Part shown: one piece after another, positions 1-12,166 of the stretch
How the letters are laid out: each line of letters opens with the position of its first letter
Numbering within the stretch: position 1 is the stretch's first letter
From: Octopus sinensis
Taxonomy: Eukaryota
Assembly (NCBI RefSeq): GCF_006345805.1
Contig: NC_043006.1
Coordinates: forward strand, 86,118,001 to 86,182,000
DNA: 64,000 bases
Direction of reading: 5' to 3'
Made by a program: the position numbers and the translations under genes
The notes under the pieces: generated by a model
The model's database searches: none
Seen by the model: only the letters and a program-made list of their open reading frames with translations
What the model was told of the DNA's origin: nothing

Positions 1-121
1 TTGATCCGGGTTTTCACTTGCATGGGACTTTCTCTTCTTTGCTGCAGCCTTGGCTCTTTTGATTGCAATCTGGTCCTCTGTTGACAGAGATTTATTTTTA
101 CGAGATATATACTGTTGCCAT

Positions 122-434
122 CAATGGCCCAGTGCTTAGGGCAGTGGACTTGTGGTCGGAGGATTGCGGTTTCGATTCCCAGACCGGGCGTTGTGTGTGT
201 TTATTGAGCGAAAACACCTAAAAGCTCCACGAGGCTCTGGCAGGGGGTGGTGGCGACCCTGTTGTACTGTTTCGCCACAACTTTCTCTCACTCTCTCTTT
301 CTGTTTCTTGAGTAACGCTGCGATGGACTGGCATCCCGTCCAGTTGGGAGGGGGGGGGACACATATGCCACAGAAACTGGGAAACTGGGCCCATGATCCT
401 GGCTAGGCTTGAAAAGGGCAATGTTTATCATTTT
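122..434 (+). mobile_element. tRNA-derived SINE with V-domain-like core, 14-bp TSD
   Basis: A/B-box head, core gctgcgatggactggcatcccgtccag; TSD tatactgttgccat at 108-121 and 435-448. Confidence 0.85.
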
Positions 435-1956
435 TATACTGTTGCCATATGTGATAGGCAACAATAAAGTACAGAAGAACTGAAATTAGATCGCTGCATT
501 TAAGTATTATATTAATATTTAAGCCTATCTTTTATAAGTTCAACGTTAATTCTTCTGCCGCCGCTTAATTTAAAAACAATTTGATGTACGTAGGTCCTTA
601 TTTTTCATACAAATAATAATTTCTATTTTATGGGTGACTTTTGGTGTATTTCGCAATTTATTTTGATTATTTACAAATTTATTTCCAAGTTATAAAAATT
701 GTTAAATTAATATGCTAATACCTATGTGGTTATGTATGTATGTATATACCAGTGGTATGTATCACACTTAGGTGAAAGGAAGAGGTAAAAAGAGAGAAAT
801 GAAACTTGTTAAGCAGAAGTATAGTTGAAGTAAGAGGCAAAGCGGCAAAGAACAGGGAGTAAGAGGGAGTGAGAGAGAGAGAGAGAACATTGATAGTGCT
901 GAGAGGTAAGAGAAATATACTGCATTAAACGCAGGAGACAGAGAGGAGGGAGGGGTAAGAGAGAAAGATATTTAGAAAGATAAATTGAGTGAACGAAAGG
1001 AATGAATAGAGAATGATAAAGAGACTGAAGCTATTTTCAGAGAGGAAATGCTGGAAAACTTTTCGTTTTGGCCGATATATGATAAAGCCACTGTGACAGT
1101 TATTCTATGCTGTTTGAAAACTATTTATACAAAATTTCATTAAAAAATACCAATTTTCCAGAAAGTTATGAGGCGGAAAATGTCAGCTCATGTGAATTTT
1201 CCAAAACTCCTCTCCCTAGCCACTCAGAAAAACTTTTTCCAACAAATCTTAACATATACTCAGTCAACAGGATCTAAGTGATTATTTATGGAATTTATGA
1301 GGCAACAAAGTTGGAGGGGTATATATACATCTGTAGTTATGCCCAAAATTATTTGATAGTTATTAAATGAAGCCACAATTTATAGATGCTTACATTTTTT
1401 ATGCTTTTTGTGCAGTTTTCACGAGTCCAGCTAGTAAAAATTGTTATCGTACAAAAATGTTCACTGAAAACAATCACAGTAATGAAAACTTGGGAATCCA
1501 AAATTCAGGATTGCGGGTCCTGATTTAGTCCGGAATGTTTTTGATTTACTCGTAGAGTCGGCCTGATTCCAAAATGGTATATGTTGGGCTACGGCATCTA
1601 GGAATAAAGTTGAAATATTGTGTATGTCAAAAAGTCAATGGTTTTTTCTTAGAGAGTGCGAAGACTATGTGTGTGTATATGTCACAGATAGCGGACATGT
1701 ATTTGTGATTGATACACCATGACATTCATTATGTGTGTATTCTGTATGTGTGTTGACGTCATGGAAGCCATGTTTTTTTTTTTTCCCATCAAGAAATAAC
1801 AAACAAAAATTGCGTTTAATCGTTTTCATTAATAAATAGAGTTTCAAATATCACAAAAATTTGAATTGCACTACCGAAGGTAAGTATGAAAATAAATATG
1901 CAAAAAAAAATAAAGATAAAATATACTATTTCTGAGATATTTCAGGTGCATACAAA

Positions 1957-2729
1957 CATCTCTAGAGTTTTAGTATTAAGATAGTGGATGAGTCCAGCAG
2001 TATACCACCAAACAGTCACCATAACCTTCTGTTTGAAGAGCTTGGGTTCAGGGAAGGTTTTTGGTGCTTCATTTTGGTCCAACAACTGCAAAGAACGTTT
2101 TTTATTATTGTACAGAATCCACTTTTCCTCACAAGTTACAATATGGTCGAGAAATGGATCGGTCTGGTTACAGAGAAGTGATGAGCAAATTTCATATCGG
2201 TACATTTTCTGATTTTCATTCAAATTGTGTGGTACCCATTTGTCAAGCTTATTTGATTTTCTGATCATATGTAAATAGTTTAAGACAATTTTCTGGCTAA
2301 CTTGAAGTTCTTTTGCCAGTTCTCAAGTGGTTTTATATGGATCTTTCTCAATGATGACAGATGGATGTCCACTATGCTCACAATCTTCAAGGCCCAGGTC
2401 TCCACTATGAAATTTTTAATTGACCACTCACTGGTCATTTTCTCACCAAACGTTTCATTGATATTGTGAGCAGTTTCAGCTGCTTTAAGTCCTTTTTTGA
2501 AGTTGAATAGCAGAATTCTTCAAATATTGCGTTTTGCCATTTCCATTTAAGACGATTGTAACAACGGTGCAAAAAACATCAATGTTAATTTATTGATGCA
2601 TTTGGGCAAGTTTATGTCTGTATTATCAGACGATTGCAAAAAATGTTTCAAAAAATTCAAAACTCTGCAAAAATCTGGTACAAATTCTTCATGGTTCAAA
2701 ACGTTGCTTACTTTTTACTCATCCTGATA
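1957..2729 (-). mobile_element. mariner (Mos1/Hsmar1-like) relic, N-terminal half plus TIR
   Basis: KWVPHNL, IVTCEEKWILYNN, KVMVTVWW motifs; TIR-like end with TA at about 2701-2729. Confidence 0.88.
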
Positions 2730-2739
2730 TATATATATA

Positions 2740-2960
2740 TCATCATCATCATTTAGTATCTGTTTTCTATGCTAGCATGGGTAAGACAATCTGACTGGCG
2801 TTGGTAAGCTGGAGAGCTGCACTGGGATCCAGCTTGTTTTGGCTTTGTTTCTATGATTGGATGTTCTTCCTAACGCCAACCACTCCTCCACAGAGAGCAG
2901 TGGATTTGTTTTATGTACCAGTGTCATGGGTGCTTCTTATGTGTCACTGGCGCAGTGACA
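2740..2960 (-). mobile_element. RTE-family 3' tail fragment (further copies near 12992-13295, 15300-15450, 17955-18180, 35560-35700, 38660-38920, 52930-53100, 58170-58350)
   Basis: Same sequence as the 3' end of the LINE at 23128-23290, ending in a (GAT)n tail. Confidence 0.75.
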
Positions 2961-3147
2961 TGTAAAATACTACACACACACATGTTAGCAATTAGAAACA
3001 AGAAGAGAAACAAACAAATTCCAGTGCCCCACAAAAAAAAAAGCAATGACAAGATTCAATAAGAATGTAACTAAGGACTTTTCTGATGAGTTGTAGTGCA
3101 CCTGAGCACTATTTACAATAATCTTATTATCATTATCAATATTATAC

Positions 3148-3410
3148 ATGGCATAGTGGTAACGGTGTTGTACTCACAATCACTAGATTGTGATTTCAAT
3201 TTCTAAACAGAGTGGTGTATTGTGTTTTTGAGTAAAACACTTCATCTCACATTGCTCTGCGATCACTTCAACACCAGATGCATGGTGCGCCTGCTCAAAC
3301 AATGTTGATTTGATGGAGAGAGTGAGCACTATAAACAAATCATTTGTGCAAATCATCCGGCAAAAGTTGAATGCTCATACATTGGCTTTGACGGGAGAGT
3401 CCATCATATA
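3148..3410 (+). mobile_element. Older tRNA-derived SINE (related copies near 32636-32900 and 49690-50000)
   Basis: A-box/B-box head, shared ttgagtaaaacacttcatctc core and gacgggagagt end. Confidence 0.6.
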
Positions 3411-4276
3411 ATATATAGATTTATATTAATAGAGTAAATAATGATAAAAGATTGATAATAGAGGCTAACTTCCAGTGGATTGTGACCATAGTTTTGCTTT
3501 GGTCTCCAGTTGTAGCCTTTTTACCTCATTTACATAGACAATCATCTTGACAAAAGTATGAATATAAACACAATTTCTACACCAATAAACATGTGACATC
3601 TAGGCTTTGTAAGAGCTCATAATACTTGCATGCAGTCGTTCAAACTGCTAGAAACAGCAGCCAAATATCTCACAAACTGTACTCTCCATCTTAATTAAGA
3701 AAAAAAAAAGTCATAACTTGATAGCATAGTCCTAGACAGTGGCAGCTTGTAGATACAATTAGTTGGGGTGCTGTTTCAGAAAACTTTTAGCCGTTGTTTT
3801 AATTTTGTGTAAAAAGAAACAAACATATAAAAAGAAAATTTATACATAAACTCAATCAGGTCGTGTTGTAGCCACAGCCAAGTATTGCGTTTAATTTGTT
3901 CACTGAACCCCGCAGTAAATTCCCCCTAGTTTTTAAAAAAATTCTCACTAAATCACAAAATAAGTCGGGGAAATGTACCCTATTTTTCAAATCCTGGCAG
4001 TAACACTGAAGCTAGAAGCAGGATAATAATCTAATTCTACGCTTTATCACATTCAAGAATATAAACAAGTTTTTAAGCACAACACATGCAGAGTCAAAAA
4101 GAAACACTACCTTTCACTTGGTACCATCAATCACGCAGTGCTCTCTCTCCCTAATGTGAAGCTTCCTATCTCGGACATGTGAGCATGCACACAACAGCCA
4201 AACACAGCGTTGCTGGAACTGTGAAGCACACAGTTCTTATACAAGGAGTTTTGTGTTTTTTTTAATAAACTAGAGG

Positions 4277-6325
4277 ATGGCTACTATTCCCTTCAAACTT
4301 TGTTTTTGTGATCTGGACATCAATGTTTTGAAACTGACCAATATTTTTCCAATACATTTCATACAAATTCAGCACTGACTTGCTGAAGCAGTAATGTCAT
4401 TATAGCAAACATTCTGCTCAATGCCACAACCTTGCTTGTCCATTGCTTGACCATAACCACTTGAACATGTCCCTTAGTGGCTGACAATATGTGCATCTCT
4501 GATCATGAGCAGGAGTAGTGGGGGAGCATCAGAGCCATGTCTTTGATGTTTGAGTAAATGTAGTGAAAGCAAAGTTTAAAGGAAATATTAACCATTTCTC
4601 ACACATGGTTTTTGTCCTTGGGTAGCAACTGTTATTTCCTATTTGTTTACTCCTAGAAAGCATGAAAGATTATATAATGTACAAGTATGAAGAAAGAATT
4701 AAATAACAAAAGGAATCATTATACAGAATGTTATCGATAATATCAAGTGGAAATAGGAGGTGCTGCAGCTTAGCAGTTCCTATACATGAGCCACCACTGG
4801 TCCTAGATACACTATGTCTGAAATCATGACAGGATAGAATGTGTCAGAACGCCTTTGATCAAAAGTCTGCACTATCAAGGCTAACATAAGACTCGACAAC
4901 AACAAAAATCCTGGCAGTTACTTCATTTTTAGCTTATTGGACTGCAGTGTCTACAAACTAAGATTTCTTTAATTATCTGCAATAATACATTTATTAACAA
5001 TTTTATATAAATTGGGGAATCTTTCATTCTCTCATTCTTCAATTGGGAATGAAAATATAAACTTAGATATGTTTTGGCCAAAATTAACTCAGGCCATATT
5101 TAACTTAATAGCACCGCTTATCATTTTTAAGTCAAGTTTTGTGCTATCATAGCCCATTCAAGTAGGGAGTTGTCATTGACTGGAATGTATCCAAGTATAG
5201 ATGGCTTGTCCAGCATCCCTTACAGAAATTTGTCCAGATATTGTTTGAAAGTTTGGGGATTTTTTTCTTCTTTGATTTGTTTTGGAATGATATTAAACAG
5301 CTGTGAGCTGGTGGAGGCAAAATAATTGCATTGCAATATGGTTATGTGTTGTGAGCCAGATTTCTATAGAGGATATGTGACATGGGGGCCCTGTATTGGA
5401 TGAACTGTTTGGGCAATGCTGATGCAGCACTCATAACCAAGATCAGTCATACCATTTTACTGTTTCTCTTTTCACACCTAAAACTCTAAAGCCCTCACTG
5501 TATTGTAGCAAAAGAATAAGTCTTACCTGTGGGATATGTTTCAAAATTCTCAGTTCGTATCCATGCAGTAATTTCCGCTGTCGGTTCATGTATTGCTGTA
5601 AAGTGAATTCGCACGAAATATCTGGTCTAAATATGAAAATATAAAAAAACGACTATCTTTCTATGGAAATAATCACAGACAACATTAGCATGTAACTCTA
5701 TATTGCATAAACCATTCATTGTGTGCCTTTATTATTTGCACAGTAACTTCACCAAAAACTAGGACTAAAATTTGCTTGAGTTAATCTCCTGGTAATAATG
5801 CCTAATATTTCCCTCATGCTCACCATTAATAATACTAACAAAATTTTTATCTTTTTTTTTTTTTAGCCTTTGGTCAGTAAGTGTTATTTCCTATTTGATT
5901 CTATCTAGAAAATAAAGGAAATGACTACTATTCGCTTCAAACTTTGTTTTTGTTACTTGGACATCAATGTTTTGAAACTGACCAATATTTTTCCAATACA
6001 TTTCAGACAAATTCAGCACTGACTTGCTGAAGCAGAAATGTCAATTTAGCAAACATTCTGCTCAATACCACAACTCTGTTTGTCCGTTGCTTGACCTTAA
6101 CCACTTGAACATGTCCCTTAGTGACTGACAATGTATGCATCTCTGATCATGAGCAGGAGTAGTTGGGGAGCATCATAGCCATGTGTTGAGAAGAATTCTT
6201 TGATGTTTGATTAAATGTAATGAAAGTAAAGTTTAAAGGAAATATTAACCATTTCTCACATATGGTTTTTGTCCTTGGGTAGCAACTGTTATTTCCTATT
6301 TGTTTACTCCTAGAAAGTATGAAAA
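4277..6325. repeat. Direct repeat pair of about 380-400 bp (4277-4655 and 5926-6325) flanking the 100-nt exon
   Basis: Near-identical composite sequence from actattc..cttcaaactttg to ctcctagaaag; both copies share the same internal junction. Confidence 0.8.
5527..5626 (-). CDS. PTPDC1: PTPDC1 exon (100 nt; PDISCEFTLQQYMNRQRKLLHGYELRILKHIPQ)
   Basis: atttag acceptor, gtaaga donor, QY..RQR.LLHGYE motif. Confidence 0.93.
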
Positions 6326-8873
6326 ATGATTAATATTTCCTTCAAACTTTTCTTTTGTTACATTTATTCAAACTACAAAGAATTCCTTTCAATGCATGGC
6401 TATGGTGTTCCCCCAATACTCCTGCTCATCATAAGAGATGCACATATTTGTTACACAGTGTAATCAGAACTGTAAGATGACCCAGACTTTGGGTCATCTT
6501 CAAGACTTTCTGTTACCCTCTGAAATTCAGCTGCCCACTTCTGCCTAGTTGATAAAGTAGGAGTATCATTCCCTAATGTAGCAAACCATGTCAGCATGAA
6601 TATCCTTGGGGACCAAACCCTTTTTCTACAGGTACTGGATAACACCATGGCACCAAATTTTGTCCATTTTCAAGAGAAGTTACTACTAGTTACTATTGGA
6701 GTCTTTGAACAGTCAGATGTCAGTTTACCTGGAAAAGAAACAATGCAGTTCTTAATAAGAAAAGTTGAAATTAATGCACGCAAGATTTCACAGCTCTAGC
6801 ATCATTACTTCATAGTCAGCTTATGAACTTTTAAGTCCAGCCTCATGTATCTGTCAAGCTATAGAGGGAGTCTCTATGTGGTCATTTGATATGGTAGAAA
6901 CAATAGTAAAATTTCTCTCAAATTTCGTTTTAAGATAGCACACCTTGGCTAATTAGAATATTGACAAAAATACAGGAGACAGGAAAATGGAAACTCACGA
7001 ATAAGGAAATACGATCCAAAGTTTTTTCAGAAATTCTACGAATTCTCTCACACAAAGCATCTGCTTTCGTGTTTGGATGGATTTAGGTCTGAAATTATTG
7101 AAACAAAAAAAAAAAAAATTATTAATGAAAACTTTTAATGTTTGTATTAATATTGCTTCATATACAAATGTACACACAAATATACATGTCCATATACACA
7201 TTGGGTGCTTTTTTTGTGGAACCAGTGGGGTCACCATGTAACTTGCAACACAAGACAAAGTTCCCTCAACTGGAGGTGGGGGGTGAGTAGTATTGAGGGA
7301 GGTGATTTTGTGCCAGTTGATGAGAGGTTAAAAGAATAATAATAGAGGGATAGAGAGAGGTATCTTGCTGTTGAAGAGATACAAGGATATCCCAGTTGGA
7401 GAAGGGAAAGACTTAGACAGAAAGATAGAAATGGAGAGAATGGAAATGATAGTGGTGTGTGTGTGTCAGGACATCCTCTCAAGACACAGTGGAGAGGGGA
7501 GATATAGGTGAGGTGATACAGAGGATTAGACTATATATATTGGGTTGGCAAGAAAGTAATTTTAGTCTTTTAGTGTGAAATAAAAGAAATTTTTTTCCAT
7601 ACAAAGAATGAACTTTAATCAATTTTCCATTTTGTTTGATGACCTTTTGCCATCTTTCTTACAACTTCATGATTCTGCACTCATAGAACTTCTGGTCCTT
7701 ATCAGCCCAAAACTGAAGCATGTGCAATTTCAGGTCATCATCATTATTGAAAGTTTTACCATTCAAAGAATTTTGCAAACTTTGAAATAAATGGTAATTT
7801 GATGATAAAGGAAAGAATGGGATGTGTAGACTGAAAATAATTGTGGGAAAATTACAGATAAATGTAATACTACAGGTTTTAGCAAACTAATATGGTATCC
7901 CAAAGACTGTAATAAACAATTTAATTTAGGCTGGAGAATTTTGTCAAGATCGTTCTCTTATGATAAGGGTAAATCTTTGTGCCCTCTTTGTATGGATGAA
8001 CAACTGTTTTTTCCAAACACACACTTATCAATACCTATAAAGAATGTGTTAACAGGTGTTTACATTGGAAAAAATTCACTTTCAGTTATTTCAAATAATA
8101 CTTGCTCTGTTTTGCCTAATAATATCTGTAATTTTCACTCTATTCTTTTCAATCCACACATCCCATTCTTTCCTTTATCATTTCTATCCATTTGTCATTC
8201 ACTTTTCTATTTACTTGATCCTCCTTTTCTCATTTAATTTTCTTTTTTCCTTCTCTTCCTCTCTCAATTCATGGCATCAAATTTCCTAATAGTATTTTTA
8301 AAATTACTAGCATTCTCTATCTACCTTTTGTTTTTATACATTATAATTTCTTACAACTGTTTATAATCTCTACCCTGATGAGATTGATACATTATTCCAC
8401 CTTATTTTTACTCCCGGATTAATTTTAATGTACCCACTGAAACATAAATAATTTAAATAACATTTAGTGCATTTGTCTCCATTTTCCATTTCTCTTATAT
8501 CCTCCAAAACACATTTCTTCTTGGAATTATTACCCATATACGTATGGTTACTAATATCTTAAAAGTGATTATGTGACATTTGGCTACCCTGGTAACTATT
8601 TCTGCGGATCTTTCCTTGAAAATTATATATATATATACAAAATTTAGAGGAATGACCACTAATAGCGGACAGCCTGTATGCTAGATATAGATGTCAAAGT
8701 CACCATTTACCATGAAGAATGTGTTCTCAAGAAAAAATTCAGCAAAAACCAAAGTTTAAAAATAAACTTCGGATTGAATTATTATTAAAACTTCGAAGTT
8801 TTAATCGTCGGATTTAAAAAAAAATATGCTAGGCCACTGGTTTTAATTGATTAATATCAATTTCTACCCTTAT

Positions 8874-8923
<50 letters not shown>

Positions 8924-9861
8924 ACACATATATGTATAACTGTATTGCTTTTGGTAGCCTAAGGATTCATATAAGGAGCCACTGGGTGAAGTGAATGAAT
9001 TGTATACATTGGTGAATAGTATAATAGTAATGCGAGTGTGTTGCTGATTGCTTGGTTGTTTTTATTTTTGTCTTCAATGTCTTACGTTGTCTTCAATGTG
9101 ACAGTCCATCATATATACATGTAGTGAATCTTGCAAGCATGAAGTGGATTCGATCCACCATAGCCAAATTTAAATCAACACTTCAACAGAACTTTTCTCC
9201 GTGGTGGAACAATGGTTTTTCTCTGACAGCAGTTTTACATTTGCCAGATTGCCTTTAGCTAGACCGAAATAATGTCTTCACCACTTGACCTTTCTAACCT
9301 CTTCTATTTCACTAAAAGCCAGAATTAAGATAACAAGACCACCAACTAAATCTATTGGTCTCAAGGATATGGCTATCCTTCTGGAAAGTTATAAAAGCAT
9401 AAACTCCAAGCAAAAAGACAGTTAGTCACTTCAGTGACAGCTCAGTGAGAACGAAGTCTGGCTGACCAGCTAGAACCTTGGTCAGAGGGAGAAATGAAGT
9501 TTATTGTCAGCAACTGTGAGACCATGTCCCACAACCCTACAACTCTCACTAGCTCTAATTTTGTTCTCTTACAACATCGTTCTATCTCTCTCTGTAATTA
9601 CTACTAAACAATGTAGAGAACACAAACACAAACTTTACTTCGCATGCTTTACGATTTTTATCATAACCTGCCCATCGAGGCAAGGTATTGTAATGTAATG
9701 GTAAATATATATTTCCTTAAAACTTCATGCATTGTACATCTTTCACAGCCTATGACATGCCATTATAACAACAAATTTTTATCGTTACAACTGCTGACTC
9801 CGACATTTCATATTATTGTTTACTAATTAATACATACATACATACATTACATACATACATA

Positions 9862-9899
<38 letters not shown>

Positions 9900-12061
9900 T
9901 ACACACACAATTATGTGTACATGTTCAAACACAAATAAAACTCCTGCAACTCTTCTGGATGGTCTCTTTGTTTAAATTGGTGAATGCTGCCATAATCCTT
10001 GCCGTTGGTTTCTCGCTCAACTGTGCTCCACACATAATCATCTAGGCGGTTTCAGTCTGGGAAGTTAGGTAGCCAGATGACGTGGTTGCAGAAATTATCT
10101 GACAGCCATGACTGGGTTCTTCTACTTGTGTGACAGGGTGTAGAGTCCTGTTGCCAGACATAGGGTCTTCCAGTAGCCACCTGCTACACCCAGAGCAGCA
10201 CTGCCACCTCCAGGCACTTGATGTAGGCCTCTGTGTTGAGTGTGATATCGTCTGGGAATATGAAAGGAGGCATAATGTCGCCATCACTAGTGATCACTCC
10301 AAACACCGTGATGTTGACTGGATGCTTGATTTTTATCTCTCTCAGTACATGTTTTGGGACACAGCCAACCAACGGTTGTTCTGTGTGTTCACCATCTAAT
10401 CCTGGCAGAAATTTTTCTCATCTGCAAAAAAACCCCACAGCATCTTTGGTTGGAGTGCGTGCTTGAGTTTGTTCGAAAGCTTCATAGCACAGTCTTTCCT
10501 CTTGTCCTTGATAGCTTGGGATAAAAATTGGCCCTTTCTCATCTTGTATGAGGAATACTGAATGTCTTTATGCGCTACCTGCCTGATAAGAAACTCAGAC
10601 ACTCCCATGTTCCTGATTGACTTGGAGGGATCATTGTCAATCATGACCTAGATCTCACCAACAAATTCAGGAGTCCTTTCCTTATCAGACCAATCAGAGT
10701 AATCTGCTGTACCTTCATAATCACCATTAGACTCATCCAACTCTTTCTGAATCCTCTGCACTGTCCTCAGATTGACACCCAAACACTCTGAAATCTTCAT
10801 ATTGGAGCTTCCAGCAGTAATGCCAAGCAGTACACCATATCAGGGTGAATTGTGTCATGGTACTGTTTTTCTCACAGACAGTGCCCAACTGACCCTACTA
10901 TACTGTGTATTTGACAAAATCAAAAACAAACAATGCACATTTGTGAAATAAAAAATATAAAATGGCAACAATTTACCCATTGCACTCTATATATATATTA
11001 ATTTTAGAGTTCTATTCCCCTTGTTTGTACTACCAAACCTCTCTCTCTCGGACACGGTTGTGTTGTTAAGAAGTTTGCTTTGGTACCACTGACCAGTTAT
11101 CACTACTACAAAACATTCAACCATAAACAGGTCAGACTAACTAGAACAGAGACACCACAATGTAGTCCAGAATGCTAGCTTGACAGCTATTACACCTTGT
11201 AAACCAAAAATCAATGTTTTCTACAAGCTTCAGCACCACTTTAACTCTTTAACTACAAAATTAAATTTCATGCTTATTCCAGTAATGATGTTAAGTATCT
11301 ACCAAAAAATAGAATTGGGATTTTCTGCAAGTCATATTGCCTCAATAAACTTGACATATCTCAACAGAAAACAGTTCCAAACATGACATTTCTTAACAAA
11401 AGATAGACTGGGATATAAAATTGAACTCAACAGCTAAGGCTAATGGAATTTTGAGTGAATATATCTGATTTCTGCAGCAAAATGGTTAATACCTATTTCT
11501 TTACTACCCACAGAGGGGACAAACAAGGATAGACAAACGGATTAAGTCAGTTACATCGACCCCAGTGTGTGACCGGTACTTAATTTATCGACCCCGAAAG
11601 GATGAAAGGCAAAGTCGACCTCAGCGAAATTTGAACTCAGAACGTAATGGCAGACAAAATACGGCTACGCATTTCGCCCGGCATGCTAACGTTTCTGCCA
11701 GCTTGCCACCTTGTTAATACCAAGTTAATACCATCACACACATATGCATTCTCTCTCACACACACATATGCATTCTCTCTCTCACACACACACACACTGT
11801 CTGGCTGTTTCATACACATAGTCTATCTATCTGTCTGTCTGTCTGGAGGTCAAAAGAATTATGTTTAGCTCACCTTTTTTTCCGCAAATAAGTAATGGCT
11901 TTGTTTGCTGACATTCTGTATGTAAACACAAGATAACAACAGATAAGCAGCCCAGTTCTGCCTAAATATTAGGTGAAAGAAGACACATATTTAATATGTT
12001 GCATGAAATACAATTCTGAAATGAGTGAATGAATGTATAAATGCGTGTGTGTGCATATATG

Positions 12062-12111
<50 letters not shown>

Positions 12112-12114
12112 ATA

Positions 12115-12166
<52 letters not shown>

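Noticed and set aside
1030-1650. Possible DNA-transposon or MITE fragment
   Set aside because: No terminal repeats, TSD or coding motif could be established.
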